Below are positions 12,003 through 26,568 of a DNA stretch of 64,000 nt, piece after piece. Numbering within the stretch: the first letter of the stretch is position 1; every line of letters begins with the position of its first letter. Source of the DNA: Epiperipatus broadwayi (lineage: Eukaryota > Animalia > Onychophora); assembly GCA_028023455.1 (NCBI GenBank), contig JAQFVV010000001.1, positions 33,480,001-33,544,000 of the forward strand. Reading direction: 5' to 3'. The notes beneath the pieces are model-generated. The model was not told where the DNA came from. It did not search any database and saw nothing but the letters and a program-made list of their open reading frames with translations. Position numbers and translations under genes: made by a program.

Positions 12003-13349
12003 TAATTTGCATCTTTGGTTAATGAAAATTTTATTCCTGGCAACAAAAAACATTTTAGTATTTTTTTAAATATATTGTAACCACATGCAATCCTTGTGTG
12101 AATGGCATATATACATGGTATACACTTATTTACGTATTTAAAACCTAAGTTTCCTTTTTTTTAAAAAAAAAGAAAATTATAACACGAACATATATATAAG
12201 TCATTTTGCCTGGTACTCTTATCACTTGCCCAGTATATTTATGGAGATCAGTTGTTGACTCCAAGCACCAATCCTATCTACAAGTAAATAAGAATTCCAC
12301 TGGGAGAGATCGAGTATCAATTTCTAATAAACAGAGCCCCTATCTCTGGCTAGCTCACTCAGGGATAGTGGTCGTTGACCGTGGGAAAGAGGTGGGGGAA
12401 AAACCAAGTGCACACGTAAACGCATAAACAATTCCCTAAATTTATTATTTTGTTCTTAATACTACTCTCTAATCTTACGATATGATCTAAGTTTTAAAGA
12501 AATTAACACTGAATGCACACACTTATAATTAAAACATGAATTTAATATTTATTAATAGAAACAAAACAAAATCCCATATTTATGTACTGGCTTGAGCTCA
12601 AATATTCGAATAACATGCATGCAAACGCATGCTCTGCATAGGTTCATAAATATAATAAAACATATAAATTATAGAACACAAAGTAAATGCAATAAATCAT
12701 TATCCAGTCTATTCATTTATAAAATTACTTTGGGCAATATTTCAAATACTTCTTTGTTTTCTTTTAGCCCTTACACTTTATTATTTTGTTGAAAATAAGT
12801 TTTTATTTACGAGATGACTGGCACATTTAAGAAATTACTCGTATTACCTTGATTTTTCTCACCCGGGTGCAGATGAATGGTAATATTCGCTTGCTTGATG
12901 TTGTTACGTAGTGAATAAGTGATTTGATTCTGTAAGGCACAATCAGTGGCATTCGGTGAATGTCATTCTACCTGTAGTTTAGAAAGGGCTTTGTTCATAT
13001 ATGGACAGCAACCACAATACCTCCGCAGAATGGCTGGCAGAGCCCGGTCCGGTTTTGTCTTTTTACCCCAGCCTATTCATGGCTGACGAATATATATAAT
13101 TTTTAAACTGATCTTACTGTGATCTTGCTCGTGACATTAACAGTTCTGGAATGTCTCTCAAAGTTCGGCTTTCAAAACTCCTTAATTAAAATACTATTGT
13201 TCTCCCTTTTTTTTTTTTAACGAAACCACGTGGTTTGCAAATAGAAGACCTTTCAGCAACTTTTCTTTTTTTGATGTTCAAGAATTTTAATTACACCTTG
13301 AAATCCACACTCATTCATTGTCTTTTACTTATAATATTTTCTTTCTAAT

Positions 13350-13565
13350 TAAAATAGCTTTTATCTCGAGATAGCGATCTATACATTTTTGGATTCTTTA
13401 TTTTCATTTAATATATCTTTTTAGAATTTGTGTCTTTCGTCGTCCATCTTGGAATCAATTCCCTTTTAATTAAAATAACTTTATTCCAAGATAGCAATCT
13501 ATACCTTTCTTGCAATTAACATATCTTTTTGGAAATTCTGTCCTTCGTCGTCCATCTTGGAATTA
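13350..13565 (+). repeat. Diverged direct duplication, about 120 bp
   Basis: aattaaaata..gagatagc(g/a)atctatac..gtc(t/c)ttcgtcgtccatcttggaat occurs twice. Confidence 0.8.
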
Positions 13566-15836
13566 AAGCTTGGCCATGTAAATTTTCTTCTTTTTATGAA
13601 TTTATTACACTCACTCACTCATGCAGTAATATAAATACACGCGCTTCTAAACAAAATACAAGAGCACAAACCATATAACCCCCCTCCCTCTTATGTTTCA
13701 ATCTATTTTCATTTACCCGTTTAAAATATATATATACACACACATATATATAAAAATAATTTAACTTAATATCACTTTCTATCAAGTATATATATATGCT
13801 CGCTTATATCATACTATAATTTAGAACATGGGTTGAACCCAGCCCTGTTATAATATAATACATTAAAATTCTATTAATTACTCATCTGTGAATGACTGGA
13901 AGCAACTTATTAAACTTTTTCTCTAGTGAATGGATAGCAATGGCATTCCACAAAAATTATTCCTGTTTTTTCTATTTTCTTTTTGTAAATTGAAATAATA
14001 GAATTATCCTTAAGTTCATTGTTAGAATTTTTATTTAAATAAAACATTTTAAATTTAATCTTTAAATACAGTGAGGCTTGAATTTGTATTGTATTGGTAT
14101 ACATTAGTTCAGTTATAGCCCCCTCTTCCAGAAATGTAAACAAACAAAAAAAAATTTTCATGGTTTTAATAAATTTTTGTGGTAGAGCATTAGCCATTTT
14201 TTCATCTTGAAGTGCCCTTATTTAATTCGAAATTTGAAATGTTACTATTTATATTACAGGCTATCATGTTTTTGAATAATATTTATTTGTTTTATATTGA
14301 AAGCATACTTATCCCCCCCTCTCCAAGTTTGTTATGGTAAAGTATTTTGTATAATAAAAGTGTTTTCAAGCATAAAACTAGATAGAGGCTTTATGAAATT
14401 TAGGCAAATTCCATATCTTTCTTAAGCGATAAAATGAATATTACAAAAAAAAAAAGTTAAACATTTTTCTATTATGTCAGATAGATTAAAATGTGTATGG
14501 ATAGTGTATTCCAAATTTTGAAATGGATAACTTCAAATAAGGATGATTATATAAATTCTGAAATGGATTCAGCTTAAAATTATCAAAACAACTGGAAAGA
14601 CTGAGTCTTCTGGTAGCAAGATTGTTATTGTTTTTTAGGTTAAGCATTCTGAATACCAACAAACAAAATAATACATAAAAGAATACCGAATAGTCTGCTA
14701 CACTTGCAACACACACACACACACACATATAGTTCCCTATGGTTAACTTCACCTGACGAGGTATTGCTACACACATAACATACTATATACAAGTATAGTT
14801 CATTTTGGTTAACTTCCCCTGATGAGATTGCTATAGACATAATACAATCTATATATATAATTCTCTTTGGTTCACCCCCCCCCCCCCACCACCAAGACCT
14901 TTAAGACTGGCTGCTTCAAAGACAGTTTCCATTGGCCTTGCTTTTCCAAATTCTTTGGCCCCAGTCCAGTTTAGCAGCATGCTAGTACATCTGGCTTTAT
15001 CATAGAGCACTACCACCATAATTATGAGCTTCTTTTAACTGCAATCACTTTCATCTCTCGACAACAATCCGTTTGGTAAACTCATTGGAAATCTGCTGGA
15101 AAATCAACTCTTCACATCTAGCTGCTATCCAGATGGTTTCCTTAATTTCGGTTTCTCAAACTCTTTGGGTCTGTTCAACTGCTGCCTGTGAACACATAGA
15201 GTGCTGCACATACTGAAGCTATTGTCACTGACAGCTCTATCTGGAAATCACATTGAGAAAATAAATGACGCACCTTGTTGCTTATTCTATTTATAGTTTT
15301 TAATTACTCACACACTTAATTACTTTGTTCCATATATGATAATGTTTTTAGGTCTTCAACTACTTAATTGGTGTCTTAGGAATTCATTTCCCTATAAGGT
15401 AATTTATAGTCTATTCCATTAATTAATTAGTCTCTTACCAAGAAATATTTGTTATCAGCAAATATTTCTTGGAATTTATCAATTGCAATGTCCTTATTGC
15501 AGTTAACTTAAAATATTTAATTAAATTTACCGCTTATCAGTTAACAATCTAAATATATTTCTCTAATATATTTTTCTACTTTTTCTGGAGTGCACATACT
15601 TATACTAACGTAAATATAAATATTTTTACAAAATATAACAGGTTAAAAAAAAAATCATTCAAAGAAATGTTTAATTGCAATAAAACTGAGTATTCTAATA
15701 TATTAAAATCAAAATCTGATATTTTGTTGTTCATTTTATTTTAAAAAATAAAGATATGGTACAGTAAGTTTTTTTTTTTTTTTGTAATTTTTGAGGGAAT
15801 GTGAATGAGTACACATGTGGTAAATATATATATATA

Positions 15837-16944
15837 CCATATTTCCCCCAAAATAAAATCTAAAACCATAAATAAGCCCTATCATGATTTTTCAGGATTC
15901 TCATAACAGCCAGATGGATTAATTTCATTTGTCTATTGAAACAGACATTAAATTATATGAAAGGGTGCCCAAAATTAACTGAAATTTCGTAATAAAAAAT
16001 TGTATATTTATTTTTACGTATTGCAAATTGAATCTTTTTCATAGTATAGGCTATTTAATACAATGCACTGGTCTAAATTTGATTTTCACTTTTCGAAGTA
16101 ATCCAGAAACACTTGCAAATGTCTTTTAACTTCCTCCATTGTTTTTTTTCACTACTTCTAAGTTTGCAAAAAAAAAAAAAGAAGACATTTTTTCATTCAA
16201 GACATTAAAAAGAAGTAGCATGGAGTGAGATTGAGCACATTCGGCACATGGATAAGCTGGGTCATGCTGAATTTAATTAAAAATTGTTTCACACTCGAGG
16301 TCTATGCACTAGCACTGTCATGATGTACTCTTCTTACTTTGTCCCTAAGCAGGACATTTACATTTTACTGCATTACGCAAAACTTTGAGACCTTGTAGAT
16401 TTTAAATGCCTGATTGTTACGAATGAATTCTGAATGAACAATGTCATTCATATAAAAAGAAAAAATCAGCATCGTTTTAACATTTGACTTTACTTGCCAC
16501 ACTTTTTTGGGACGTGATCGAATTTAAAACACTTCCATTAAACCCCTCATGAACTTGTTTTTTCAAAGCAACTTGCTTGCAAGCTGTTTCAAGCAGTACA
16601 ATTGTTCCCCCTAAAAGAAACAGAATTTCATGTTGTTCCAACAAATATACGAAACGCACTTTACAAAAAAAATGTGCTCATGTGACCATGATTTCGCATG
16701 ATATCATTTAGCCAATTGAGGCAGAAGGGTCCCCACAAGAATTATCTAAAAGCAGAAGCATGTATTACAACAGATGTAGTTACCAGAGAATAATTCCAGT
16801 TATTTTTGGGTATCCTCTCATAAAATAATGAATATATAAATAAATATAAAATTATACATGTTTAGTTAGTTCTGTGGTAGAATAACAGTAGATTTTTGTA
16901 CATGAAAAAATAAGGTATCTCGTCTTATTATCAAGGAAACAGAA
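15837..16944. mobile_element. pogo/Tc2-like non-autonomous element related to 11401-12002
   Basis: TA-ccatatttcccccaaaataa...aataagcccta at left; gtcttattatcaaggaaacagaa-TA at right. Degenerate, and pairing of the two ends is inferred. Confidence 0.5.
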
Positions 16945-16978
16945 TATAAATTAACTCTCAATTTATTATTAATAACTA

Positions 16979-19021
16979 CAGTAATCATCTGAAATCCGGG
17001 TACAGCCGCTTGGGGCTGATGCTATGCAAAAATCAATCAAATATAATGTTACCGGGCGACCACAACTTTTTTTTTATAGAACATGTTTTTTTTGATTAAA
17101 TAAATTTTTTATTTCATTTATAACATGATCTCTTTTTTATTAAACAAATTTTTATATTCATTTTCATTGGTTTTTTTTTAACCTGACATTTTTCTTTATC
17201 CAACAAATGTTGGTAATTTAATTTTGTGTTTATTTTTCTGAATTTTAAAACTTTGGATTGTTTCACGATGAAAAAATATAATGGTATAATTATTTGGGAC
17301 TTGTTTCGACTTTGTTTTACTTTTTTTTTTTTTTGGTTGACTAAATTGTTTTTCTTCTTTGTATTAAATCAAAAATAACTTTTGTGTTGTTGGGGGTTCA
17401 AAAATTGTTTTGAAAACCCCACACCCACCCTCGGATCAATAATTGTAACATAAAGTCAATAATTTTACTTTTTTTTAAACAACTTTTTTCACTTTTTACT
17501 TTTATTTATATTTCATTTGAATTAATCTTTTTTTTTAGCTTCTACAATAAACAGCTTTTTTTTGGGGGGGGGGGGGATTTTGTACTGTTATTATTAACAA
17601 AATGTAAACAAAAATAGTCATTTATTTTAAACCCACTTGTTTCAACTCTGATGAATAAATATAATGCAATTATTTGGGAATTGTTTCAAATTTATTCAAC
17701 CTTTTTTTGGGGGGGTTGACCAAATTATTTTTTTTTTATTAAATCAAAAGTAACTTTTGTTTTGGGGGGGGGGGTAAAAATTGTTTTCAAACCCCCAACC
17801 TCACACTCGGAAAAATAATTGTAACAAAAAGTCAATAATTTTACTTTTTTTTAAACAACTTTTTTCACTTTTTACTTTTATTTATAATTCATTTGAATTA
17901 ACCTTTTTTTTTTAGCTTCTACAATAAACAGCTTTTTTTTTGGGGGGGGGGGGATTTCGTACTGTTATTATTAACAAAATGTAAACAAAAATAGTCATTT
18001 ATTTTAAACCCACTTGTTTCAACTCTGATGAATAAATATAATGCAATTATTTGGGAATTGTTTCAAATTTATTCAATCTTTTTTTTTTTTTTTGGATTGA
18101 CCAAATTATTTTTTTCTTATTAAATCAAAAGTAACTTTTGTTTTTTTTTTGGGGGTAAAAAATTGTTTTCAAACCCCCAGCCTCACACTCGGAAAAATAA
18201 TTGTAACAAAAAGTCAATAATTTTTTTTTTTTCAAACAACCTTCTCTCACTTTTTACTTTTGAATTACCTTTTTTTTTTTTTTTGGCCTTCTACAATAAA
18301 CTGCTTTTTTGGGGGGCTTATTTATACTTTGTTATTATTAACAAAAAGTTAACAAAAATAGTCATTTATTTTAATCCCGCTGCAAAAAAGATAATTCAAA
18401 TACTTGTCAATTTCTAATGAAAAAAAAAAAAAAAGTACACAAACTTTGGACTTTTTGAACACATTTATTATTTTATTACTGTAATAAAAAGTCTGTTATT
18501 TGGGAGGACATTATGTGCCGGAAAAAAAGGTCACAGTATCCCTCATTTTTAGAAATTTTGTTGGTCTTGTATATTTTTCACGCTGTAATGTGACTTAGCG
18601 CGTGAACTTTGTCAAAGCATGTTCGAACATATACTTTGCCAATTTTTTACATATTAACATTTTTTTAGGGAAGAGTGGGAACCATATGACAATTATTAGT
18701 AATTAACAACATTATTTAAATATAAATGACATTACTCTATTACGGAGATTTGAAAAGTTGTACCGACTTGAAATTAAAATACCCTCAAGCAATACGGTAA
18801 TCAGCTATGAATAGAACAAGTATGCATAAATAGTTCCGAAGCACAAAACAGGCTGTAATATTTTTGTGCAATGTCATGTAAATCAGCCTAGTTCAATGGG
18901 TTAATACAATATTAAATGTTGTATTAGCCATAAGGTCGGCCGCAGTAAACAGCATATTTATGTGTTTTGACGCATAAATAATGCCATCAGGCAGCCGTGC
19001 CTGGATTTCAGATGACTACCA
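16979..19021. mobile_element. TA-flanked TIR element carrying an internal tandem array
   Basis: Left cagtaatcatctgaaatccgggtacagccgc and right gcagccgtgcctggatttcagatgactacca are inverted repeats; TA at 16977-16978 and 19022-19023. Confidence 0.8.
17268..18420 (+). repeat. Tandem array, about 3 units of about 380 bp
   Basis: Unit starts (atgaa(t/a)aaatataat...attatttggga) at 17268, 17651 and 18028; units contain poly-T/poly-G runs of variable length. Confidence 0.9.
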
Positions 19022-20939
19022 TAACTACATTATTATTATTTGTTTTTGTTTACATTATAAAATTTATATATGCCTACTATATACATAAACATATTGGAAA
19101 ATGCGGTATGCATGCATTTCAATAAATTGTGCATATTCTATTATGTAATTATAGCTTATCAGTAAAATGACAGCTATTATAGATGATTTACCATGTTTTT
19201 GTGGAAGGATTAACAGATATCTAGCTTCATTGTACTCATTTGGGCAGGCAAAAACACTGAAGGATATCTTCTGAAACAATAACAAAGTTTGTAACTACAG
19301 AATATTGAAGACTTTATTTTAAATTTTGAATCATTATCTTGAATTTTTTAAATCTTCAAATATAATTTTTACTATTTAATATTTCTATTAGTTTAGTTTT
19401 TTAAGATTGGCAAATGATTTTTTTTTTTTTCTTAATGAGAAATACATGTTTTCATAAATATAATTTTGTATATTTTACATCAATTTTCAGTAGCTTAGCG
19501 AAAAAAAAAGAGGCTGGTTGAGGAAAAAGATCAACTGGATTTACAGTTTGCATGTATTGCTAAAATTAGCATAATGAGAGAGAGGGTGGAGGAGGAGAGA
19601 AGGAAAGGAAGGGAAGGCTGAAGGGAGAGAGAGCAGCTGTTTATGTGTAAATCAACTGACATGATGTTTGCAAAAAATTTCAAAAATAAATTTCAATGGG
19701 AAAATAAAAATGGATAGGGCAATCAGCAAATTATTATTATTAATTTTTGATGTTATGAAAATAAAGATATAGAATGTACATTTAATATTTGATTGAGCTT
19801 TAAAAACAAAAAAAGTTTATAATGATAGGAGGTGACCATAATTTAAATATATTGTTAAATCATTTTTGGGAAGGATTGGGAATAAAATTTCAGACTATTA
19901 ATATGACATTAAGTATTGCATTAGTATTTTGTTTATTATTATTATATTTTAAATGTTTGTTTGTATGTGAGATTAAATAAAAAGTGTTACTTAGATAAGT
20001 TGCAACTTATGCTAAACTAATAACGTGAAAAAATACAGCAAGTACAAGCAACACTTGTTAGCATTTTACTATCAAGTAAAATAATCATTGTTAAAAAGAA
20101 AAAATCAGTTAATAATAATAATTTTTTAATTTTTTTTATAGCTATATGTAAGTTTGGTGTTGAAATAAAAATATTTATACTATTGAATTCTTCTAAAGTC
20201 TCTTATTTTTTGAAAGTTTACTATTGTTTTTTTTTTTTTTTAAAAAAAAAGAAAGCCCAATAGTATATATATCTTTTATACATTTTCAGTTTTACTCATT
20301 AATAGTGCAATATATTTTCTCAATAATTTTCACCTCCAGTTAATTTCAAGTCTGTGATTTGTACATCCATAAAATATCAATGTTTTGCAAATCAATAATA
20401 AAATGTTTAATTTCTTTTCATTTGTTTCACATTTAAAGTGTAATATTAAAAATAAAAATTAAGTTTTATATATTAAAAACATGTTTTGCATTAACTGTAT
20501 ATATCTATAGATATTATTATAAAGGCAATTATAAATAATAGTACATTTTTTAATTCTTTTATAAATAAGTTTCAGTTTAATTTTAACTTTTAAAAAGTTA
20601 TAATTACACAATATTATAAAATTTATTAGTAAAATTTTTACTATAAGAACAATTTTCATTACCACAAATAAAAATGTAAAACAACTGCTAAAGTGAACTT
20701 TGCTATTAATTGAAAATGAAAATCTCATTACTCTTTGATGCTTTAAAGGAATATAATGGGAACAAATACCAGATATCCACATACTTTTGTCATTGCTGCT
20801 GCTTTTTTTGCCATATGGTTTTTTGCATGGTAAATCGATGTGTGGACTACTCATTAACTTATATCTAGCATAGTGAGTTACTAAGAATGAGGTTTTTACC
20901 TCAATAAATACTTTTTGATTGCAACATCAATTTTCTGGA

Positions 20940-21800
20940 ACACAAAATGCTCGTTTGCGTGAATGCTAATTCTTTATATTTTTGATTTTGACAAACAAAA
21001 ATGCATTTTTCCTTTCTTTCCTGGACATTGTGAGGTTGTCAGCCAAGACAACTATTATTGATTAAAGATATAGGATGATAAAATTATTATGATTATGCTA
21101 TTATTAGATGATGTTTTTTATTAAGCTATCTACATCTCAAATGAAAAAAGATGGTAAATGAAAAAAAAAATACATCTAATATTTAATGAGACATAGTTAA
21201 ATTTTACAAAATTACTAAAAATATATAGATGGAGTTTTTTGAGAGTAAACATACTTTTTTATAAAGGCAAAAATTTTGCAAGCATAAGCAGATTGAATTT
21301 CATTTTGGAAGAATTTCACTGTGAAGATAGTGGCATATCACTTGGAATGGTAAGATTAGTTAATGGATTATATCAATTGCAGATGTTTTCATGTTTAGGT
21401 AACCAATAAGCTTTCATTGTCATGAAGAAATAGATGTATAGAATGCTTTTGATCAGTCAAAATAACATTTGAAAATTGTCATGAAAGATTTTAATGTTAA
21501 AATTAAAAAAATGATTGATATATGTAAGTAGGGTGGAATAAATTTAAAAATAGAGACTGAAATGAAAGAAAACATTCGAGGAATTTGTAATTAAAAGAAA
21601 TCTGTATATTATGAATTCCTTTTTGTAAGAAAAATGCTTACCTGAAATTGACATTATAACATCCAAATGAAGATAGAATTGAATTGGATTATGTTTTGAC
21701 CAACAGAAAATATGTATTTCAAGATTGTAATGTTCTTAATAAATTCAATATAGGAAGTGATCATCATTCAGAATGATATAATGCATGTGGTAATGAAAAG
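20940..21800 (+). pseudogene. RTE-clade LINE apurinic-like endonuclease domain, decayed
   Basis: Motifs in order: TQNARL, DIVRLS, HEEID, IVMKDFNVKI, PNEDRIELDYVLTNRKYVFQDCNVLNKFNIGSDH. Confidence 0.8.
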
Positions 21801-22254
21801 CTGGAGAGACAAAAATTATTGAGGAAAATGTTATTAACAGTTTAATATAAAATTTATAAATCATATTATACCGGTCCATCCTTCCTTCTACCTTGGTCTT
21901 ACAAGTAAACGACCCGTATACTCATCGAGCATGAAATGACATATATGCTAAAGTTGAAAGGTTGATAATAACTTCTAGTAATACCCTGGTTAAATACAAA
22001 TAAGTATGTGCTAAAGAATTATTAGAGGAGGGGGATTTAACCTTAAATAGGTCAGGCTAAACCCTCCCTTGTTAAATTAAACCCCCACCCATGTAATCAT
22101 AGATATTATAATGGCCATCTCTGTCCTTCCTTTGCACATCTTTGACAGACTGCACTATTAGACAGCCTCTGCTCGCCATGCCCGGTCAAGAATATCTCCC
22201 CCCCCTTCTCTCCCGAGAGAGTATGCAAATAAGGTTTGAACACTAATAATGATA

Positions 22255-23470
22255 ATAAAACTCGTTTGGATACCAAGTGAGGTCAATTTACCCCCCCCCC
22301 CCGATAAGTTTATCCCATTACCTAGATTATAAACTGGTTTCTTATTTCAGGTTATTTAGGTAAGTCTATCAACTATATTTCTATAAGTTTAAATGTAAAT
22401 GAGTTATACTAGAAACAGACTGAAAGTATAAAATAAAATTTATTTTTCCCTATTCCCTACACCGAATACTGGCTTGCGTAATAGCAGCCTATAACATAAA
22501 TTTATTTATTGAAATAACAATTTGATTAGGTTATAAATAAAGTAAATGATTGTTGCTTAATGGGTTTGGTCTATACTGCGACCCCACTTTATAAACACTG
22601 TGTAATGAATATAAAATAACAAATAATTTCTTTTACGAATGCATCTAACATTTATTTTTCTTCTTTTTTGTTTTGTTTACATTTGTTTTAACAAACATTA
22701 CCTACGTCACCCTTATTCTGTACGTATAACGATAATGTTTAAATGACACTGGTATTAAGACACTCAACATGAGGTGTCATTTCCGTGATTAGAAGTCAAT
22801 AAATTAAATGCATCCTGCATGTAGCGGATCGATGTTAGATGCATTACGTAAACCTCTAAAATGTTATCATACAAAAGTTATTAAATGTAAATAATTAGTA
22901 GGAATAATATATGCATAGATAGAATAAATATATAATACACAACACAAAATAGATAATACACTCAAAATTATAAAATATAAATCTTGGCTTCTTGGCTCCC
23001 TCCAAATTGAACTTCTAGGCAGACCACATGACCATGAAACAGGGCTGCAAGGGCTTCATTGTTTATACACACGTATTGTCCAATTCTTCAACAGCGTATG
23101 CTGGATCATTTGCATTCACATCTTGGCGGCAAGGATACGAACAGTGTGGGCGCACTGCCCTGGGAAATCTCCATATCCATTAGGTCAAATAAATAAGCTA
23201 TTGGTACCATCTTTCATATGTTCCTTTCAAAAAAATATTCTAATTAAAACTTGCCAATCTCATTGGTTCTTTACGGAAAACTTATCATGAAGACATGGCT
23301 TTTCTTCAAACTTCTTTTAACTGCAAATTAATTATTGTATGCTATATAGTTGCTATTCATAGTTCCAATAATTCTCTCTAAATTATAGGTGGAGTCTTTA
23401 AGTTAATTCTGGATACGCCAACTTTTGTTTGACTTAAATTTTAGCAACGGCTTTCCATGAAGGTTACTAG
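22255..23470 (-). mobile_element. piggyBac-like transposon remnant (transposase C-terminal part and one end)
   Basis: Minus strand KPLLKFKSNK-VGVSRIN..STYNLER (resembles KP..YN..GVD..DQ..Y), MNSNYIAY, and a Cys-rich tail RC.C...IRC..YVC.....LFH; ggtcaatttacccc subterminal motif at about 22283. Confidence 0.55.
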
Positions 23471-24899
23471 CTGTAATTTTTTTTTTTAATAACTCTCATC
23501 TCCTTTCTCCTTATTACCTTGATGTCCTTTACTAGTTACTGCTTATATAAATGATTTTTAATAATCATGCTGTTTTTTCCACTTTCCATAAGTAACAGCA
23601 ACAGTCTAAATACTTGGAACGGAATTTAAGTAGATGAATCAGCCAATCCAAGCTGGACACGATGGTACCACTGTCTAATATATTTATGTGACAGCGCATG
23701 GACAAATCAGCATAAAAAAAAAAGAATGGATAAGACTGCATACAACATGAAAGTTGAAAAAAGACAGAATAAGATAGAATTAATCCCCAGCACCTGATAG
23801 GTAGTTTATATAGTCCTCCTATTAGCCACAATTTCATAATCCCGCCTATGAAGTATTACAATATCTAACAAAATTGCTAATTTTAATTTTTGTACATTCC
23901 TTTAGTATTTTGTTTTTAAAATCTTTTTTTTTTTATATATCTTTTTGGACAATTAACAAGGTTCCATCTTGGAGTAATTAGAACACTCATTACTTACATT
24001 CTTTAGATAAAATCTTTTGTTTTTCGATTTCATTTTTGCAAATTAAATTAAAAGAAACATTTCCAAATATAATTATATAAGTATAAAGCAATGGTTAATT
24101 ACATAGAAGTCCATTACTATAATGGATTAAAAAAAAATTGTACATTTTTTTCTAAAAAAGAACTTTACATTATTTTCTTTAAAATAAAAAAAAAATTTCT
24201 ACAAGTAACAAAAAAAATGTATATACGCAAATATATGTTGGAACATTTACAAATGAGAATATAATAACAATAATAATAATAATAAAATGTTCCAAACATA
24301 AATAAATGTTTATTCTTTTCTCTTTTGTTTTTTTTCTCTTTATTTATACATTGTAAATAACAGTTACAAATTAATAATAAATATATCCAATATATATGAA
24401 TTTAGAGTATATGTAAAAGTATTTACAATAATATTATGCATTCGTAGTGTATGTGTGTGGACAGGAATATAGCATAGACAAACTCCCATTATTTATGCTA
24501 TGAGTTGAATAAAAGTCAGCTGTGCCAAATCTTTGGCTACAGCCATCTTGTGTAAGAACTTTTTTACGGTCTGACATAATATAGACTTTGAAATTAGGTC
24601 AGACTTGAATGAGATCAATAAATAATTTTCTACTAAGAACTACATAAATAGTTGGCATAAAAAAGCAGCAATTCACCAGTAAATTTCTAGTTAAGATAAT
24701 GTATGAAGAAAAGAAGGAAAATAAATATTTAAAAATAATACATTTAAAGAATTGAAGATTTTGAATTCTTTAAAATGGTCTGAAAATAAGTTAATGGCCT
24801 CTTAAAGAAATATGATTGTGAAATAGCAAAAAGCACAAAAATATAAAACGGTCTTGATATTGGAAGAAAAGTTGTTTTGTCTGTGAGAAGTCATTGGAA

Positions 24900-25030
24900 G
24901 AATTCTGTAGTAAACAGGAAATGATGGAATTACTATTGATATCTTAAAAAGAAATGGATGAAGAAAGACACAACTGATTGGAAGAATGCAATAATAATAT
25001 TTAATAAAAGTTAAAATAATACAATGGTTT
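24900..25030 (+). pseudogene. RTE-like LINE RT N-terminal fragment
   Basis: TGNDGITIDILK followed by DWKNAIII (G.DGI..E.LK and W.NA.I motifs). Confidence 0.55.
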
Positions 25031-25244
25031 TGCAGCATCCATGACATTTGGTTCCAAGGCTGCCATTTATACCATAAATACATAGATAGCACCAAAGAAC
25101 TTTATAATATACATTTTCAACACAAAGTGCACTCTTTTTAAACATATATACTGTATATAATATTCTTATCTATGTTAGAAATTAGATATTTAAGAATTAT
25201 TTAGTATACATATTAAGATAACTGAAATAATTGAGTAGACAAAT

Positions 25245-25480
25245 TATTACCATTTGACTGTTCAATGGAGGTATTTCTAAGTTTAATCCAGTTTTTATGA
25301 TTTACAACTTCACCATACTTTTCTAACAAAACTATTATTTTATCCATCCACTTCTCATATGACTTTACAAATGATATACCATTTCCTGGGATCCAATTTG
25401 AGACTTCACTAGTCCAACTATTATCTTTCCTCTTGGCATCATGGCTAGCTTCTTATTTTTTCCAATGATATCTATATATT
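25245..25480 (-). mobile_element. RTE LINE 3' end fragment
   Basis: AKRKDNSWTSEVSNWIPG...KWMD, matching the RTE C-terminal R.D.RWT....W.P motif. Confidence 0.6.
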
Positions 25481-25601
25481 TTCACTTATGTATTTTGCCT
25501 TTGAGCTTTTTTTTTTTGCTTTTAACATACATTTCTATGTAGTTTGAAGTTCTTATTGCTATTCTGTTTATAGGTCCAGTTATCAGATCTATAAGTAAGT
25601 A

Positions 25602-26568
25602 CACCTGGGTCTTGTTTTATGCGATAGATAGGTTCCTCAGAAAACACGCGCAAACGAAATCGTGCAAAAATAGACGTAACTTACCTTGAAAAAGGGGGGA
25701 TACGGACTGTGATTTTTCAAAACTCGTGTAAAAGCAAAGCACCAACGTGAAATTTACTTTAAAATTCGTGCAAAAAAAAAAAAAAAAAAAATAAGGAAAT
25801 AAAATATGACTAATAAAAAATTTCAAATTTGAAAAAAATTGATACAAGACAAACCTTTTTTAACTATAATATTTAATTTTATTCAAAACAATATATTTTT
25901 ATGCATAATTTACGGTAATTTATATACACATTTTAATTATTATCGCTATTTGCCGGTAAACAGGTTCGTTTGCAAACTGTTAAAAAAATCAGATTCTTCA
26001 CAAGATGAAATACAACTAGCGCCAACGTCACTCTCATGTTGTGTTAATTAATGGTTTTCTGGTGACAACGTAATTAGTAATTAGTCTAACAACTAAAAAT
26101 TAAATTCTTATTTTTGTCTTTAATTTTCAATTTTAATTGTGTCCACTGCTATTACTCAACTTTTAAAAATAAACTTGCGGACACTAAATGATTAATAATT
26201 GATTATGTTGTTTTTTAAAAAGTAAAAAGAGAAAGTGATTTAAAATGCAAAATTAACACGCACAATGTTTGAACAAATTTACATTATAATCTTGTAAAAT
26301 TTAATGTGTGTATACATAAAATATGGAAATCGTGATTTTAATTTCATTATTGCATAAAATCTTACTATTATAAAGCACTGAAAATATTGAAATTACTAAG
26401 TTGAAAGTCGAATTTCAATAATGTGCTATTACTTTCAATATAACGTAAGTGCGCGAAATTTATTATTTAAAGTAATAGCGCAATATCGGAGTTCGACTTC
26501 CGGTGGAACACGAATAGCGTAACTTCAAAATCGTGTTAAATAAGTCCGCGTAAAAAGAGACCCATGTG
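25602..26568 (+). mobile_element. Same MITE family, subtype 1
   Basis: TA-cacctgggtctt...gagacccatgtg-TA; alignable end to end with 6439-7408. Confidence 0.9.

Noticed and set aside
12200-13130. GC-richer segment as an LTR or host exon
   Set aside because: No second LTR, primer-binding site, polypurine tract or recognisable protein motif.
14741-14850. CTGACGAG and CTGATGAG in a roughly 67-bp tandem repeat, as possible hammerheads
   Set aside because: No stem II plus GAAA follows either motif; they are just part of a degenerate tandem unit.
17645-18040. CTGATGA in the 380-bp tandem units
   Set aside because: No downstream GAAA at a workable distance and no closing stems.
18890-18904. atgggTTAA as a piggyBac terminus (also at about 1237-1245)
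   Set aside because: No partner TIR or transposase sequence could be paired with it.
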